IMG/VR virus record: IMGVR_UViG_2563366923_000008
Coordinates: 1 to 45,506 of that record
Length of the DNA: 45,506 nucleotides
Strand: one strand, 5' to 3'
Source of the DNA: a virus
Lineage: Duplodnaviria; Heunggongvirae; Uroviricota; Caudoviricetes
Shown: positions 9,146 through 17,923 of the stretch, in pieces
Layout: every line of letters begins with the position of its first letter
Numbering within the stretch: the first letter of the stretch is position 1
Program-made: the position numbers and the translations under genes
Notes under the pieces: generated by a model
What the model was told of the DNA's origin: nothing
Seen by the model: only the letters and a program-made list of their open reading frames with translations
The model's database searches: none

Positions 9146-9856
9146 TCACACAAGTCTCAACTTAGTTTCTACAGCCACACCAATGATCCGGCAATTCCCA
9201 TTGATGGGAACCAATGGCCATTGAGGGTTTAAGCCCTTCAGGTACTTCTGGCCCCCATCAATAATCAGCTTTTTGAATGTCGCTTCGTTTGATTCGGATA
9301 GCTTTGCGATCACAAGGCTGCCATTTACTGGCTCTCGGCCGGTATCAAACAAAACGTAGGTACCCTCTGGTATGCTGAGCCCGACCGGGGCAGTCATGGA
9401 TTCCCCCTCGACCAACAACCAGAACGCATCCCCCTGGATGTGAGCGTCTGATTCTAGCCATAGATCGATATCTTTAAGTGCATACGGCTCGCACGCTTCC
9501 GACCAATGCCCAGCCTGAATCTTGCTTAATACAGGGTATTTAATGCCTGGGGTGTACTGGCCTGCATACTTGGCATTCGATGTAGCGGAAGCACTCATTG
9601 CAGATATTTCTTTCGCAAGGCTGGGGCTAAAATCAGAGACATCCACCTGGAGGGCTCTGGCAAAAACAGCAGCCACGGCAGCATTAAGGGCATTCCTGCC
9701 ATTCAAGTAATGCCCAACGCCCCCCTGAGATATGTCTAGCATGTCAGCTATTGATTGCTGTGTTATCCCAAGCTCTTTTTTCTTGGCTTCATAGAGGGCT
9801 TTCAGCCTTTCTGCGTCAGCGATCTGAGCCGATGTCAGTGTCTTTTTCTTTTCCAT
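9146..9856 (-). CDS. cI: CI repressor (Cro/C1 HTH plus LexA-like S24 autopeptidase domain)
   Basis: Near-colinear with lambda CI from memory (LKALYEAKKKELG...SMTAP...FKKLI...LNPQWP...); ATG at 9856 has no SD, consistent with a leaderless PRM transcript; track start at 9862 is TTG. Confidence 0.9.
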   Translation of the reverse strand: MEKKKTLTSAQIADAERLKALYEAKKKELGITQQSIADMLDISQGGVGHYLNGRNALNAAVAAVFARALQVDVSDFSPSLAKEISAMSASATSNAKYAGQYTPGIKYPVLSKIQAGHWSEACEPYALKDIDLWLESDAHIQGDAFWLLVEGESMTAPVGLSIPEGTYVLFDTGREPVNGSLVIAKLSESNEATFKKLIIDGGQKYLKGLNPQWPLVPINGNCRIIGVAVETKLRLV

Positions 9857-9890
9857 TTTCAAATAGTAATACCAATGTTCTTATTTTAAA

Positions 9891-9929
9891 AATACTCGCG
9901 GTATTGCAATGTTTAATACTTGTGGTATT
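9891..9929. promoter_or_regulatory. OR operators (two clear sites) with divergent PRM/PR
   Basis: AATACtcgcgGTATT (9891-9905) and AATACttgtgGTATT (9915-9929) between cI and cro; a third degenerate site may lie at about 9868-9885. Confidence 0.65.
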
Positions 9930-9960
9930 GTTTACTCATGAGTTGATAGGAGCTAACCAC

Positions 9961-10152
9961 ATGAAAATTTCTTTAGCTGAATACGTTGACGAAGTTGGAC
10001 AGGCAAGAGCTGCTGATGCCATCGGCGTTCACCAGACCGCAATTAGTAAAGCTATCCGGGTAGGGCGGAAGATTTTCGTTAACACCCTGCCTGATGGAAA
10101 AATTAAGGCTGAGGAGATCAAGCCTTTCCCACATAACAGAAATCCTGATTAA
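9961..10152 (+). CDS. cro: Cro repressor
   Basis: 63 aa, AGGAG SD; MKISLAEYVDEVGQARAADAIGVHQTAISKAIRVGRKIFVNTLPDGKIKAEEIKPFP resembles lambda Cro; track ORF 9751..10152 is an upstream extension artefact. Confidence 0.85.
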   Translation: MKISLAEYVDEVGQARAADAIGVHQTAISKAIRVGRKIFVNTLPDGKIKAEEIKPFPHNRNPD

Positions 10153-10157
10153 ACAAA

Positions 10158-10199
10158 GCTGAATTGAGCAGTCAGCGGGTTCTGACTGAGTAATTCAGC
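10158..10199 (+). promoter_or_regulatory. Long imperfect stem-loop between cro and cII (tR1/nutR-like position)
   Basis: GCTGAATTGAGCAGTCAG-cgggtt-CTGACTGAGTAATTCAGC inverted repeat. Confidence 0.3.
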
Positions 10200-10231
10200 C
10201 ATTCCAAACACCACCAGAGGAAGTATCACAA

Positions 10232-10453
10232 ATGGAGAGTTCAACGACACGCAACAAAGTGGAGGCTCGCAGGATAGAAAGCTGGTTACACAGCCAGATA
10301 GCTGAACTGGGAACCACGAATATCGCCAAAGTGGCCGGAGTGAATAAGTCGACGGTGAGTCGCTGGCGGGAAAGTCTGCTGCCGAACATGTCGCTACTGC
10401 TGGCCATCCTGATTTCTAACAGGCCGGGAGAGAAAGGTGATTTTGAAGCATGA
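10232..10453 (+). CDS. cII: CII-like transcriptional activator
   Basis: 73 aa; RIESWLHSQIAELGTTNIAKVAGVNKSTVSRWRE...MSLLLAIL resembles lambda CII (RIESALLNKIAMLGTEKTAEAVGVDKSQISRWK). Confidence 0.8.
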   Translation: MESSTTRNKVEARRIESWLHSQIAELGTTNIAKVAGVNKSTVSRWRESLLPNMSLLLAILISNRPGEKGDFEA

Positions 10454-10538
10454 GTGGAAACAGAAGGGCGAAAGCCGCAGTGCGGGAACACTAACGGCTT
10501 TCTACGCGAATTAACTGAACAAATTCACAGGAGTAATT

Positions 10539-11558
10539 ATGGCAAATACTGCCGAAGTAATCAATTTCCCTGTGCCGGAAAAGGTACAGCAGGAGAGTCG
10601 CATGGCTGATCTGGACAATGGCTATCTGCGCCTTGCTAACCAGATTCAGGACGCCTTGTGTGTAGTGGAGCTTTCGGGGCGCGAATTTCGCGTGCTGAAT
10701 GCAATTGTTCGCCTGACGTATGGCTGGTCGAAAAAAGAAGACCGGATCGCTAACAGCCTCATCGCTGACAAAACCATGCTGGCGGTTAAGCACGTTTCTG
10801 AAGCGGTTCTCAGCCTTGCTTATCGCAACATCATCAAGGTTCGCAGGATTGGGCAAACACGATACATCGGGATCAACACCTGTCTGGATGCATGGGCTTA
10901 TACCAAACCGAAATGCCCTAAATGTCCGGTGAGTTTTCCGGTCGCTGAAGTTGAAACGCAGGTTATCACCATCCCTGAAATTAGGGATAGCAGAATAGCC
11001 GCGCCAACCATCCCTGAAAACAGGGATAACCATCCCCAAAAACAGGGAAAGGTATCCCCGGAAACAGGGAACACCAAAGACATTCTTTCAAAGACAAATA
11101 TAAAAACAGATCTAACCCCTATAGTCCCCGCTGGGGACGAGTGTGGAAAACCAGATCCCGATCCGGTTATTCAGGAGCAGCCGAAGACCGACCCTGTAAG
11201 ACTGGTTTTCACCCACTGGCAGAAAGAACATGACCACCCGTCAGCAAAACTCGACGACAAACGCCGCAAGCGCATCAAGGCGCGACTGGCGGAAGGCTTC
11301 ACTGTGGACGAGCTGTGCCGGGCCATAACTGGCGCAAAAGGCGATCCGTGGCTTATGGGAAAGAACCCTTCCAGAAAGCGCTATGACGGCATTGAGACGC
11401 TCCTGCGAGACGCTGCTCAGGTCGAAAAACTTCGTGATATGGCCGGCGATGCTCACGCAATGGCAATTGCTCAGGGCCAGTACTCAGCCACAACGGCTCG
11501 CAACCTTGAAACCCTCCAGCGCTGGGCTGGCGGCACTGATTCAGGAGAACTTTTCTGA
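10539..11558 (+). CDS. O: Replication initiator protein O
   Basis: N-terminus colinear with lambda O (LDNGYLRLAN...RVLNAIVRLTYGWSKKEDRI); iteron repeats embedded mid-gene. Confidence 0.85.
   Translation: MANTAEVINFPVPEKVQQESRMADLDNGYLRLANQIQDALCVVELSGREFRVLNAIVRLTYGWSKKEDRIANSLIADKTMLAVKHVSEAVLSLAYRNIIKVRRIGQTRYIGINTCLDAWAYTKPKCPKCPVSFPVAEVETQVITIPEIRDSRIAAPTIPENRDNHPQKQGKVSPETGNTKDILSKTNIKTDLTPIVPAGDECGKPDPDPVIQEQPKTDPVRLVFTHWQKEHDHPSAKLDDKRRKRIKARLAEGFTVDELCRAITGAKGDPWLMGKNPSRKRYDGIETLLRDAAQVEKLRDMAGDAHAMAIAQGQYSATTARNLETLQRWAGGTDSGELF
10971..11071 (+). repeat. Replication origin iterons (4 copies of about 18 bp) inside the O gene, followed by an AT-rich stretch
   Basis: ATCCCTGAAATTAGGGAT (10971), ATCCCTGAAAACAGGGAT (11010), ATCCCCAAAAACAGGGAA (11032), ATCCCCGGAAACAGGGAA (11054); AT-rich 11078-11110. 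Confidence 0.7.
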
Positions 11559-12148
11559 TGAACGATTCTGAAAAACCAAAGTTCGCCCAGTCCATGGCAG
11601 CGATCGGCGAGATTTACGGAAAGGATATATCCGAGGTGATGGTGGGTATTTACTGGAATGCCCTCAAGCCTTACCCGGTTGAAGATGTGATGCGCTCCTT
11701 CCAGGGGCATACCCGCGATACCGACAACGGCCAGTTTTTCCCTAAGCCTGCGGATCTTCTTCGTCACATCGAAGGCAACAAAGATGGCAAAGCGCTGATG
11801 GCCTGGTCGAAAGCATACAGGGCAATCTGCAGTTATGGGCGCCGCAACAGCGTTGTGTTTGATGATCCGATCATCCATGCGGTCATTGCCGATATGGGTG
11901 GGTGGATTGAATTTGCCGGGATGAGCGAAGAGGAATTGCCGTTCCGTTCCCGCGAGTTCGAAAAGCGTTACCGCTCTTACCTGATAACCGGCGTCAGCAA
12001 GTGCGAAACGGTGATGATCGGCATGGATGATGCGCAGAACATGCGCGCGGGATTCCTGCGCGAACCAATGCCATTTCTGATTGGCGAGAAGGACAAGGCC
12101 AAGCTCATTCGCAACGGACAGGCGCTTCTTGAGAACAGGTGGCAATGA
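11558..12148 (+). CDS. Hypothetical protein in the helicase-loader (P) slot
   Basis: 196 aa, ATGA overlap with the O stop; no resemblance to lambda P by eye. Confidence 0.5.
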   Translation: MNDSEKPKFAQSMAAIGEIYGKDISEVMVGIYWNALKPYPVEDVMRSFQGHTRDTDNGQFFPKPADLLRHIEGNKDGKALMAWSKAYRAICSYGRRNSVVFDDPIIHAVIADMGGWIEFAGMSEEELPFRSREFEKRYRSYLITGVSKCETVMIGMDDAQNMRAGFLREPMPFLIGEKDKAKLIRNGQALLENRWQ

Positions 12149-12441
12149 TGACAGGCAAAGACGCAATTCTGAACTACCTGAAAACGCATAAAACCTGCAG
12201 CTCTCCAGATGTCGCCGCGGCTTCAGGAATGACGCATACCTGCATCAACCAGGCTGCAAATATCCTGGCAAAGCAGGGGGTGCTGGTAGCGGAAGCTCGG
12301 GTGTGGCGTACGGTTTACTACCGGTTGGCCACTGAAGAAGAAATTTCAGGCAGGAAGAGCACCAATCAGATTTTTAACGAGTGTCGGCAAAGCCCGGCGA
12401 TGAAGCGGGTACTGGCTGTTTACGGGAGAACATCAGCATGA
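12145..12441 (+). CDS. Hypothetical small protein, possible winged-helix DNA-binding
   Basis: ATG at 12145 overlaps the upstream stop (track start 12139 is GTG); MMTGKDAILNYLKTHKTCSSPDVAAASGMTHTCINQAANILAKQGVL. Confidence 0.45.
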   Translation: MMTGKDAILNYLKTHKTCSSPDVAAASGMTHTCINQAANILAKQGVLVAEARVWRTVYYRLATEEEISGRKSTNQIFNECRQSPAMKRVLAVYGRTSA

Positions 12442-13061
12442 CTATCACACTACAGGCAGTAAACGAGCTCATCGCCTTCTTGGAGAGCGCAGGCGAGCTG
12501 TCGATCAGAGAGCAGAAGTATCTGGACGTTATGCGCTGGGCGATTCGTGTTGCTGGCGAGCGTGATGCGGCGCTGAATGCAGAGCTTGTATGGGAAAAGA
12601 CCATGATGGAAGCTTGCGGCGAGGATGGCCCTGCGTCGGTAGCCAACGAAATTCGCTCGTTGCGGGCTCTACGGGATACGGCAATTCAGGCGCTTAAGTC
12701 TCAGGTTGAGCAGCTGTCTGCGGAGAATGTGGCGCTGAAGGCAGCCGTTGCGGAAGAAATTGAAGTTATCAATCGTGGTGGACAGCGGTATTGCGTGAAG
12801 GACGGCATGTCTATAAACCCGATATATGCGCGCGGATGGAATGACCACCGGGCTAATTTGACAGCAGTAGAAACCCCCGCCACAGATCGCTTCGTAGTCG
12901 GGATTAAGGCTGATGGGGTGGAAGAGTTTGCAGCGATGACAGAAAAAGTTGGTGATGAAGAGGAGTTTTACGATCACGGGGAGTCTTCTGAGACGCTGAA
13001 ATACACGGCTAAGCAAGCAAGATTATTCGCCCAGCAGCTGCGCGATGGGGCCGACAAATGA
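12438..13061 (+). CDS. Hypothetical protein with coiled-coil segment
   Basis: ATG at 12438 overlaps the upstream stop; 207 aa. Confidence 0.5.
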   Translation: MTITLQAVNELIAFLESAGELSIREQKYLDVMRWAIRVAGERDAALNAELVWEKTMMEACGEDGPASVANEIRSLRALRDTAIQALKSQVEQLSAENVALKAAVAEEIEVINRGGQRYCVKDGMSINPIYARGWNDHRANLTAVETPATDRFVVGIKADGVEEFAAMTEKVGDEEEFYDHGESSETLKYTAKQARLFAQQLRDGADK

Positions 13062-13633
13062 CCAAATCAACCATAACCAGAGAGCGAATAGCTCAGATAG
13101 CAAATCCTGGCGCATGGGTGAAGTGTACGCACGAAGAGGTGCAGGAACTAGCCCGCATGGCTCTGGCCGCAATGGACAGCGAGTCTGAGTGTTTGCCTAT
13201 CGACTACCTACAGGGACACAAAGACGGTCTGGAGTGGGCCGCCAAACTGGCGGAAGCCAACCACCCTGAAACCGGAGACTGGCTTTACGATGACCCTATC
13301 GAGCTGGCAAAAGCTATTCGCAAAGGTCCAGATATGCCGCCAGCGCAGCCGGTAGCGGACAGCGAGCCGGTGGCGGTAATTGACCTGGCTAACCTTGATT
13401 ATCTCCTAAGTGGTGCTGATGCCGATGTGTGGCCTCCTGAGCGCGAAGAGATGGGAGATGTGCTTCTCTGTCGCCACGCGCAGCCAGCGACGGTAGTGCC
13501 GAAAGACCATCAAATCCGCGAACTGGTTAATCAGTTGCGCGATATTGCGATTGAATATCATGGGACACAGCAACTTCGTGAACGCATTGCGCGGGTTCTA
13601 CGCGCCGCCATGCTCAACGGAGGTAAGTCATGA
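13058..13633 (+). CDS. Hypothetical protein
   Basis: 191 aa, ATGA start/stop overlap. Confidence 0.5.
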   Translation: MTKSTITRERIAQIANPGAWVKCTHEEVQELARMALAAMDSESECLPIDYLQGHKDGLEWAAKLAEANHPETGDWLYDDPIELAKAIRKGPDMPPAQPVADSEPVAVIDLANLDYLLSGADADVWPPEREEMGDVLLCRHAQPATVVPKDHQIRELVNQLRDIAIEYHGTQQLRERIARVLRAAMLNGGKS

Positions 13634-14097
13634 AATTCGAAGAATGGTTATCGCAACAAAACGGCGTCATTGAGGTTGATTGCGGCTGTGTTACCTCTGA
13701 AGCTTTTTATCACTGGATGCGCGTAGCTTATGAGGCTGGCAACTCTCAGGTGATTCCGGATGGTTGGACATGCAACGATAAAGCAAACGCAGCGCTGATG
13801 ATGCTTGATCGGATTGAAACGGTAGACCCTGTTGATGATGACCGTATCGACAGCATTAAGCGCATTGTTCGTGAGCTCGCAGCCGCCCCGCAGTCTCCCG
13901 GCAGTGACCCTGCCACCGTGCCGGGTAAATGGATTCCGGTAAGCGAGCGGATGCCGGAGAATGATGTATCTGTTCTCACATTCGACGGAATGTATAAGCG
14001 AGTTCATCATGCCATGTATGGTCATTGGCAGTGCTGGGAGCCAGAGAAAATCACCCACTGGATGCCGCTGCCAGCAGCGCCGCAGGAGGTGAGGTGA
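13630..14097 (+). CDS. Hypothetical phage protein (DUF551-like C-terminal region)
   Basis: 155 aa; C-terminal KWIPVSERMPEND...HWMPLP pattern. Confidence 0.5.
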   Translation: MKFEEWLSQQNGVIEVDCGCVTSEAFYHWMRVAYEAGNSQVIPDGWTCNDKANAALMMLDRIETVDPVDDDRIDSIKRIVRELAAAPQSPGSDPATVPGKWIPVSERMPENDVSVLTFDGMYKRVHHAMYGHWQCWEPEKITHWMPLPAAPQEVR

Positions 14098-14219
14098 TGA
14101 CCAAGTGCAATGCTCTGCTTTATGCCATGGTGATTGGCTTCGGCCTGGTTGCTGGTATCCGGGTTTATATTGCCTGGGAGTCATTAATCAATCTGGCGTG
14201 GAGTGCGATTCGTGGCTAA
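14097..14219 (+). CDS. Small membrane peptide (40 aa)
   Basis: ATG overlapping the upstream stop; MTKCNALLYAMVIGFGLVAGIRVYIAWESLINLAWSAIRG. Confidence 0.35.
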   Translation: MTKCNALLYAMVIGFGLVAGIRVYIAWESLINLAWSAIRG

Positions 14220-14295
14220 ATCCCCCGCAGAACGCAAAGCCGCGCAGCTAATCTGTTAGTGATATATAATCCCCTTCATAACCTGAGGGGGATTT

Positions 14296-14544
14296 ATGTT
14301 TAAAGAAAAAATGAACCTTGAAGCTGGCTACACTCTTTTGGACGATGGAACAGTCAGGAGGGGGCATTTAGCAAGCCGCATAGATAGAAGTTACATTGTC
14401 CTGGATGAGAATCAGAACAAAATTGGCACAGCTACAGTGACTGTTATCGAGCAAACCAAGCCGCCATTTAAGGAAGATGTTCATATTGTGAGAAAGGACC
14501 TTGATGGAAACGTGGTTCTGGATGTGCGATATGTAGATGATTAA
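14296..14544 (+). CDS. Hypothetical protein (low-GC nin insert, gene 1)
   Basis: 82 aa; AT-rich; hairpin ATCCCC...GGGGAT just upstream. Confidence 0.5.
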   Translation: MFKEKMNLEAGYTLLDDGTVRRGHLASRIDRSYIVLDENQNKIGTATVTVIEQTKPPFKEDVHIVRKDLDGNVVLDVRYVDD

Positions 14545-14546
14545 TC

Positions 14547-14804
14547 ATGAGTAAATTCAACATTGCAGCCAAATCGAAAGACGATCAGGACAAGGTCAAC
14601 GTCGACCTGGCAGCGTCCGGCGTCGCTTACAAAGAGCGCCTGAACATGCCGGTTGTCGCCGAAGTGGTGGCCAGAGAGCAGCCTGAGCATCTACGTGAGT
14701 ATTTCATGGAGCGCGTCCGCTACTACCGCGAGCAGAGCATCCAACTCCCCAAGGCATCCGATCCGCGCTATATTGAAATGGCCGAGCAGAACTCTAAGAA
14801 ATAG
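14547..14804 (+). CDS. Hypothetical protein (low-GC nin insert, gene 2)
   Basis: 85 aa; 2-nt gap to the upstream gene. Confidence 0.5.
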   Translation: MSKFNIAAKSKDDQDKVNVDLAASGVAYKERLNMPVVAEVVAREQPEHLREYFMERVRYYREQSIQLPKASDPRYIEMAEQNSKK

Positions 14805-14823
14805 CCGATTAATCGAGGGTGAA

Positions 14824-15102
14824 ATGAATAAAATTCAATATTTGCTAGTAGGATACGGGCGTGATGGAGAAATCCATGAAGATACAGAATTAAAAAGCAG
14901 GTTGACTATTTTTGAATCATCAGTAGGCAGTAGTCATCGGCCGCCAAACGCACAATTCAATCGTTCATATGATGTTCATTTGATTCCAGTAGATGGCAAA
15001 GTCTACGCGGTTGGTGTTGGGCGAACTTTACATGGCAATGAGTTGCCTGATTTAATTTCTCTATCTGGTATATCTCCTGTTCCCAAGGAATTTACCCATT
15101 AG
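14824..15102 (+). CDS. Hypothetical protein (low-GC nin insert, gene 3)
   Basis: ATG at 14824 with GAGGG SD; 92 aa MNKIQYLLVGYGRDGEIHEDTELK... Confidence 0.5.
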   Translation: MNKIQYLLVGYGRDGEIHEDTELKSRLTIFESSVGSSHRPPNAQFNRSYDVHLIPVDGKVYAVGVGRTLHGNELPDLISLSGISPVPKEFTH

Positions 15103-15192
15103 TTGTCCATTGATTTATAAGCATCAGCCATCCATAATTACTTGGTCAGTCTGGACAACTGACAACTTTACCCCGGCGCCAAGTGGGGACAC

Positions 15193-15789
15193 ATGGCGCA
15201 AACACTGCAATTTGAGAAAAGTTATCAAAACGTACTGATTCCCGCAGAGCCGGGAACCAGCGAATACCTGCAACTTATCCCCGTAGGGCAACTGCTTTGC
15301 GGTGAGTTCCGCAAGCCCAGGAATTACGCATTCCACAAGAAGTTCTTCAAACTTCTGACTCTCGGGTATCACTACTGGACGCCTTCCGGTGGTCTCATTG
15401 AGCCCGCGGAGCGTACCCTCATATCCGGTTTTATCGACTTTCTCTCATCCGACCTCGATCAGCGCGCTGCACTCCAGAATGCCGCGGAGATGTATCTCTC
15501 CTCGGTCGGTATATCCCGTTCCCGCGATATGGCGCTGCTGAAACACTTCGAATCCTTCCGCGAGTGGGCAACCATTCAGGCTGGCTTTTATGACGAATAC
15601 CAGATGCCTGACGGCAGCCGTCGTCGTGTCGCAAAGTCGATCTCCTTCGCCAGCATGGACGACAGCCAGTTTAACGGCGTCTACAAATCAGTGCTGAATG
15701 TGCTTTGGAACTACATTCTGCGTCGCAAGTTCCACTCGCCGGCTGAGGCTGAAAACGCCGCCAGTCAGCTGCTGAGCTTTGCGGGGTGA
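15193..15789 (+). CDS. Nin-region hypothetical protein
   Basis: 198 aa; sits where ybcN/ninB-type genes lie in DLP12-like nin regions; family not verified. Confidence 0.55.
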   Translation: MAQTLQFEKSYQNVLIPAEPGTSEYLQLIPVGQLLCGEFRKPRNYAFHKKFFKLLTLGYHYWTPSGGLIEPAERTLISGFIDFLSSDLDQRAALQNAAEMYLSSVGISRSRDMALLKHFESFREWATIQAGFYDEYQMPDGSRRRVAKSISFASMDDSQFNGVYKSVLNVLWNYILRRKFHSPAEAENAASQLLSFAG

Positions 15790-15995
15790 TGGCGATGAAA
15801 TACTCATGGTTCCAGCATCCCGACTGCACAACCGAGCAGGCCGAACAGTTAGTGTCCAGATATCAGGCGCGAGGCATTGTCACAGAGAAAAGCCTTAACG
15901 CGGATTATCTGAGTTGGACGGTCAGCGCCCGGCTGCCGGTTTGTGTTCGCCCGGAGCATACTCCGCGATCACTTCGTCAACGTATATGGGGGTGA
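15789..15995 (+). CDS. Hypothetical small protein
   Basis: ATG overlapping the upstream stop (track start 15786 is GTG). Confidence 0.4.
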   Translation: MAMKYSWFQHPDCTTEQAEQLVSRYQARGIVTEKSLNADYLSWTVSARLPVCVRPEHTPRSLRQRIWG

Positions 15996-15997
15996 GC

Positions 15998-16288
15998 ATG
16001 GCCAATCTTCGTAAAGCAGCTCGCGGTCGTGAATGCCAGGTTCGCATCCCGGGCGTCTGCAACGGCAACCCTGAAACCACGGTATTGGCCCATATCCGCA
16101 TTGCTGGATTGTGCGGGACGGGGATTAAGCCGCCTGATCTGCTCGCCGCTATCGCCTGTTCATCCTGTCACGATGAAATAGACCGCCGCACGCGCCTGGT
16201 AGATGCGGAGTATGCGAAGGAGTGCGCGCTGGAGGGAATGGCCAGAACGCAGGTTATCTGGATGAAAGAGGGGTTGATAAAAGCATGA
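15998..16288 (+). CDS. YbcO-like small Cys-rich protein (putative nuclease family)
   Basis: [34 protein letters not shown]...[11 protein letters not shown]; lies directly upstream of rusA as in DLP12. Confidence 0.6.
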   Translation: MANLRKAARGRECQVRIPGVCNGNPETTVLAHIRIAGLCGTGIKPPDLLAAIACSSCHDEIDRRTRLVDAEYAKECALEGMARTQVIWMKEGLIKA

Positions 16289-16647
16289 AACAATATCGCA
16301 TTTCATTACCCTGGCCGCCAAGCAACAACCGCTACTACCGGCACAACCGGGGACGCACACACATCAGCGCGGAAGGGCAGGCATACCGCGACAGCGTCGC
16401 CAGAATCATCAAAGACTCGATGCTTGATATCGGCCTGGCCACGCCATTGAAAATCCGTATTGAGTGTCACATGCCGGATCGCCGGCGCCGTGACCTGGAC
16501 AATCTGCAAAAGGCAGCATTCGACGCCCTGACGAAATCGGGTTTCTGGCTCGATGACCAGCAGGTTGACTACTACAGCGTGAAGAGAATGCCTGTCGTCA
16601 AAGGTGGGCGGCTTGAGCTAACCATTACTGAAATGGAGTCCGCATGA
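16285..16647 (+). CDS. rusA: Holliday-junction resolvase RusA
   Basis: [42 protein letters not shown]...[19 protein letters not shown]...[10 protein letters not shown] is near-identical in pattern to E. coli RusA. Confidence 0.85.
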   Translation: MKQYRISLPWPPSNNRYYRHNRGRTHISAEGQAYRDSVARIIKDSMLDIGLATPLKIRIECHMPDRRRRDLDNLQKAAFDALTKSGFWLDDQQVDYYSVKRMPVVKGGRLELTITEMESA

Positions 16648-16784
16648 GCCGTGACGTTATCGAACGCATCCGCGACCGCTGGCAAAAGCTTCGCCTCCTG
16701 CGTAGCCGCGGCACCGTGCTGGTCGACTACAAAATATTACGCAATTTCGTCCGTATCTATAAGCGCCTGGGAGAAGCAGCATGA
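16644..16784 (+). CDS. Small protein (46 aa), YlcG-like position
   Basis: ATGA overlaps at both ends (rusA stop and Q start); [46 protein letters not shown]. Confidence 0.35.
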   Translation: MSRDVIERIRDRWQKLRLLRSRGTVLVDYKILRNFVRIYKRLGEAA

Positions 16785-17470
16785 CAGCTCAATACTTGGA
16801 ATTTGTTCGCCAGCAGCTGATAGTGGCCACCGCCGATCTGAGTGGTGCGACGAAAGGGCAACTGGTAGCTTTTGCAGAGAACGCGCAATTTACCGCTACG
16901 GCGCGCAGCCGTGGCCGGAAGAAGGTGTATAGCGAGGTGAAGCAAAAAATGGTTAACCCGGATGGACCGCCGATGAGCGGCAGCCAGTCCCGCGCTAAGG
17001 GTTCCTCAATCGCTCTCGTTCTGCCCGTTGAATACTCGACAGCCAGCTGGCGCCGCGCCCTCCTGTCGCTGGAAGACCACCAGAAATCCTGGTTGCTGTG
17101 GAACTACAGCGACAATATCCGCTTTGAGTATCAGGTAGCGATAACACAGTGGGCATGGGAAGAATTCCGTGATCAACTCGGCGCTAAGAAAGTGGCCGGC
17201 AAGACGATGGAGCGGCTGAAGAAACTGATATGGCTGGCGGCACAGGACGTGAAAGCAGAGCTGGCGGGTAAGTATGTATATCAGCACCAGGACCTTGCAG
17301 CCCTGTGTGGCGTTAAGCCTGATAACTGGTGCCATAACTACGCTGATTACTGGCGGGCTATGTGCGCCATTTTTAAGCGGCTTGATAGCGACTCTCTTCT
17401 CTGTGCTGTGAGAACACGATCACAACAAAAAGCGACTTTTTCGCAGCAGGGTCTTGCAAAAGTCAATTAA
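16781..17470 (+). CDS. Putative late antiterminator Q
   Basis: 229 aa directly upstream of the PR'/tR' region and lysis cassette; call is mainly positional. Confidence 0.6.
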   Translation: MTAQYLEFVRQQLIVATADLSGATKGQLVAFAENAQFTATARSRGRKKVYSEVKQKMVNPDGPPMSGSQSRAKGSSIALVLPVEYSTASWRRALLSLEDHQKSWLLWNYSDNIRFEYQVAITQWAWEEFRDQLGAKKVAGKTMERLKKLIWLAAQDVKAELAGKYVYQHQDLAALCGVKPDNWCHNYADYWRAMCAIFKRLDSDSLLCAVRTRSQQKATFSQQGLAKVN

Positions 17471-17559
17471 ATACGTCATATTTGAGTCTACTTTGATATG
17501 CTGCCTTAACTTTAAGTGGCGGCATGAAGATGATAGTCATATACCAGTTTGTAAAATTA

Positions 17560-17586
17560 GCCTCGGCAATCCGCCGGGGCTTTTTT
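17560..17586 (+). terminator. Rho-independent terminator downstream of Q
   Basis: GCCUCGG-caauccg-CCGGGGC (one G-U pair) followed by UUUUUU. Confidence 0.4.
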
Positions 17587-17723
17587 ATGCCTGCGATCCG
17601 GTCAGGGCTCTTGGGTAGAGACGTGCTGCACGACACGTCAAAGCCCTTCCGCGCAGAGCCCTGAACCAGATTGAAGTTACTCAGCAATAAGAAAACTGCA
17701 TGTCATCATTTGCTTATATCTTA

Positions 17724-17753
17724 TTGACCAGAAAATTAACATGTTGTTAATCT
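17724..17753 (+). promoter_or_regulatory. Candidate late promoter PR'
   Basis: TTGACC (17724-17729), 18-nt spacer, TAATCT (17748-17753). Confidence 0.45.
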
Positions 17754-17759
17754 ATTCGT

Positions 17760-17923
17760 GTGGTGAATCCCCCTATGCGGAGGGGCGACCAGTCAAACTT
17801 TTTTGTCCAGGTTTGTTTGCGCGGAACTAGTCGGCTGGGGCTGTTCCACCGGGAGGCACCCGGCGCCACCTCCTTGACGGTATTGTTATTTTTCATGCCT
17901 GTTCGTCCGAGCAGGCTTTTTTT
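17760..17923 (+). ncRNA. Putative short PR'-initiated, tR'-terminated transcript (lambda 6S RNA analogue, Q-modification target)
   Basis: Promoter at 17724-17753 and strong terminator GCCTG-ttcgtccgag-CAGGC plus T7 at 17897-17923; no convincing ORF between them. Confidence 0.3.
17897..17923 (+). terminator. tR'-like Rho-independent terminator
   Basis: GCCTGttcgtccgagCAGGC followed by TTTTTTT. Confidence 0.55.

Noticed and set aside
8280-9862. cI plus kinase as a classical HipB/HipA toxin-antitoxin pair
   Set aside because: The upstream HTH protein is a full lambda-type CI with an S24 autopeptidase domain and flanking OR operators, and it is separated from the kinase gene by about 100 nt rather than overlapping it; the kinase-like protein is also much shorter than HipA.
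9751-10152. 133-aa ORF spanning the OR region and cro
   Set aside because: The N-terminal 70 codons run across the operators and promoter; the real gene is the 63-aa Cro starting at ATG 9961 with an AGGAG SD.
10195-11039. Minus-strand ORFs of 98 and 182 aa overlapping cII and O
   Set aside because: Antisense to confidently assigned CII and O genes, with no RBS or motifs.
11471-12166. 231-aa minus-strand ORF
   Set aside because: Fully overlaps the plus-strand 196-aa gene that is translationally coupled to O; composition looks like an antisense frame.
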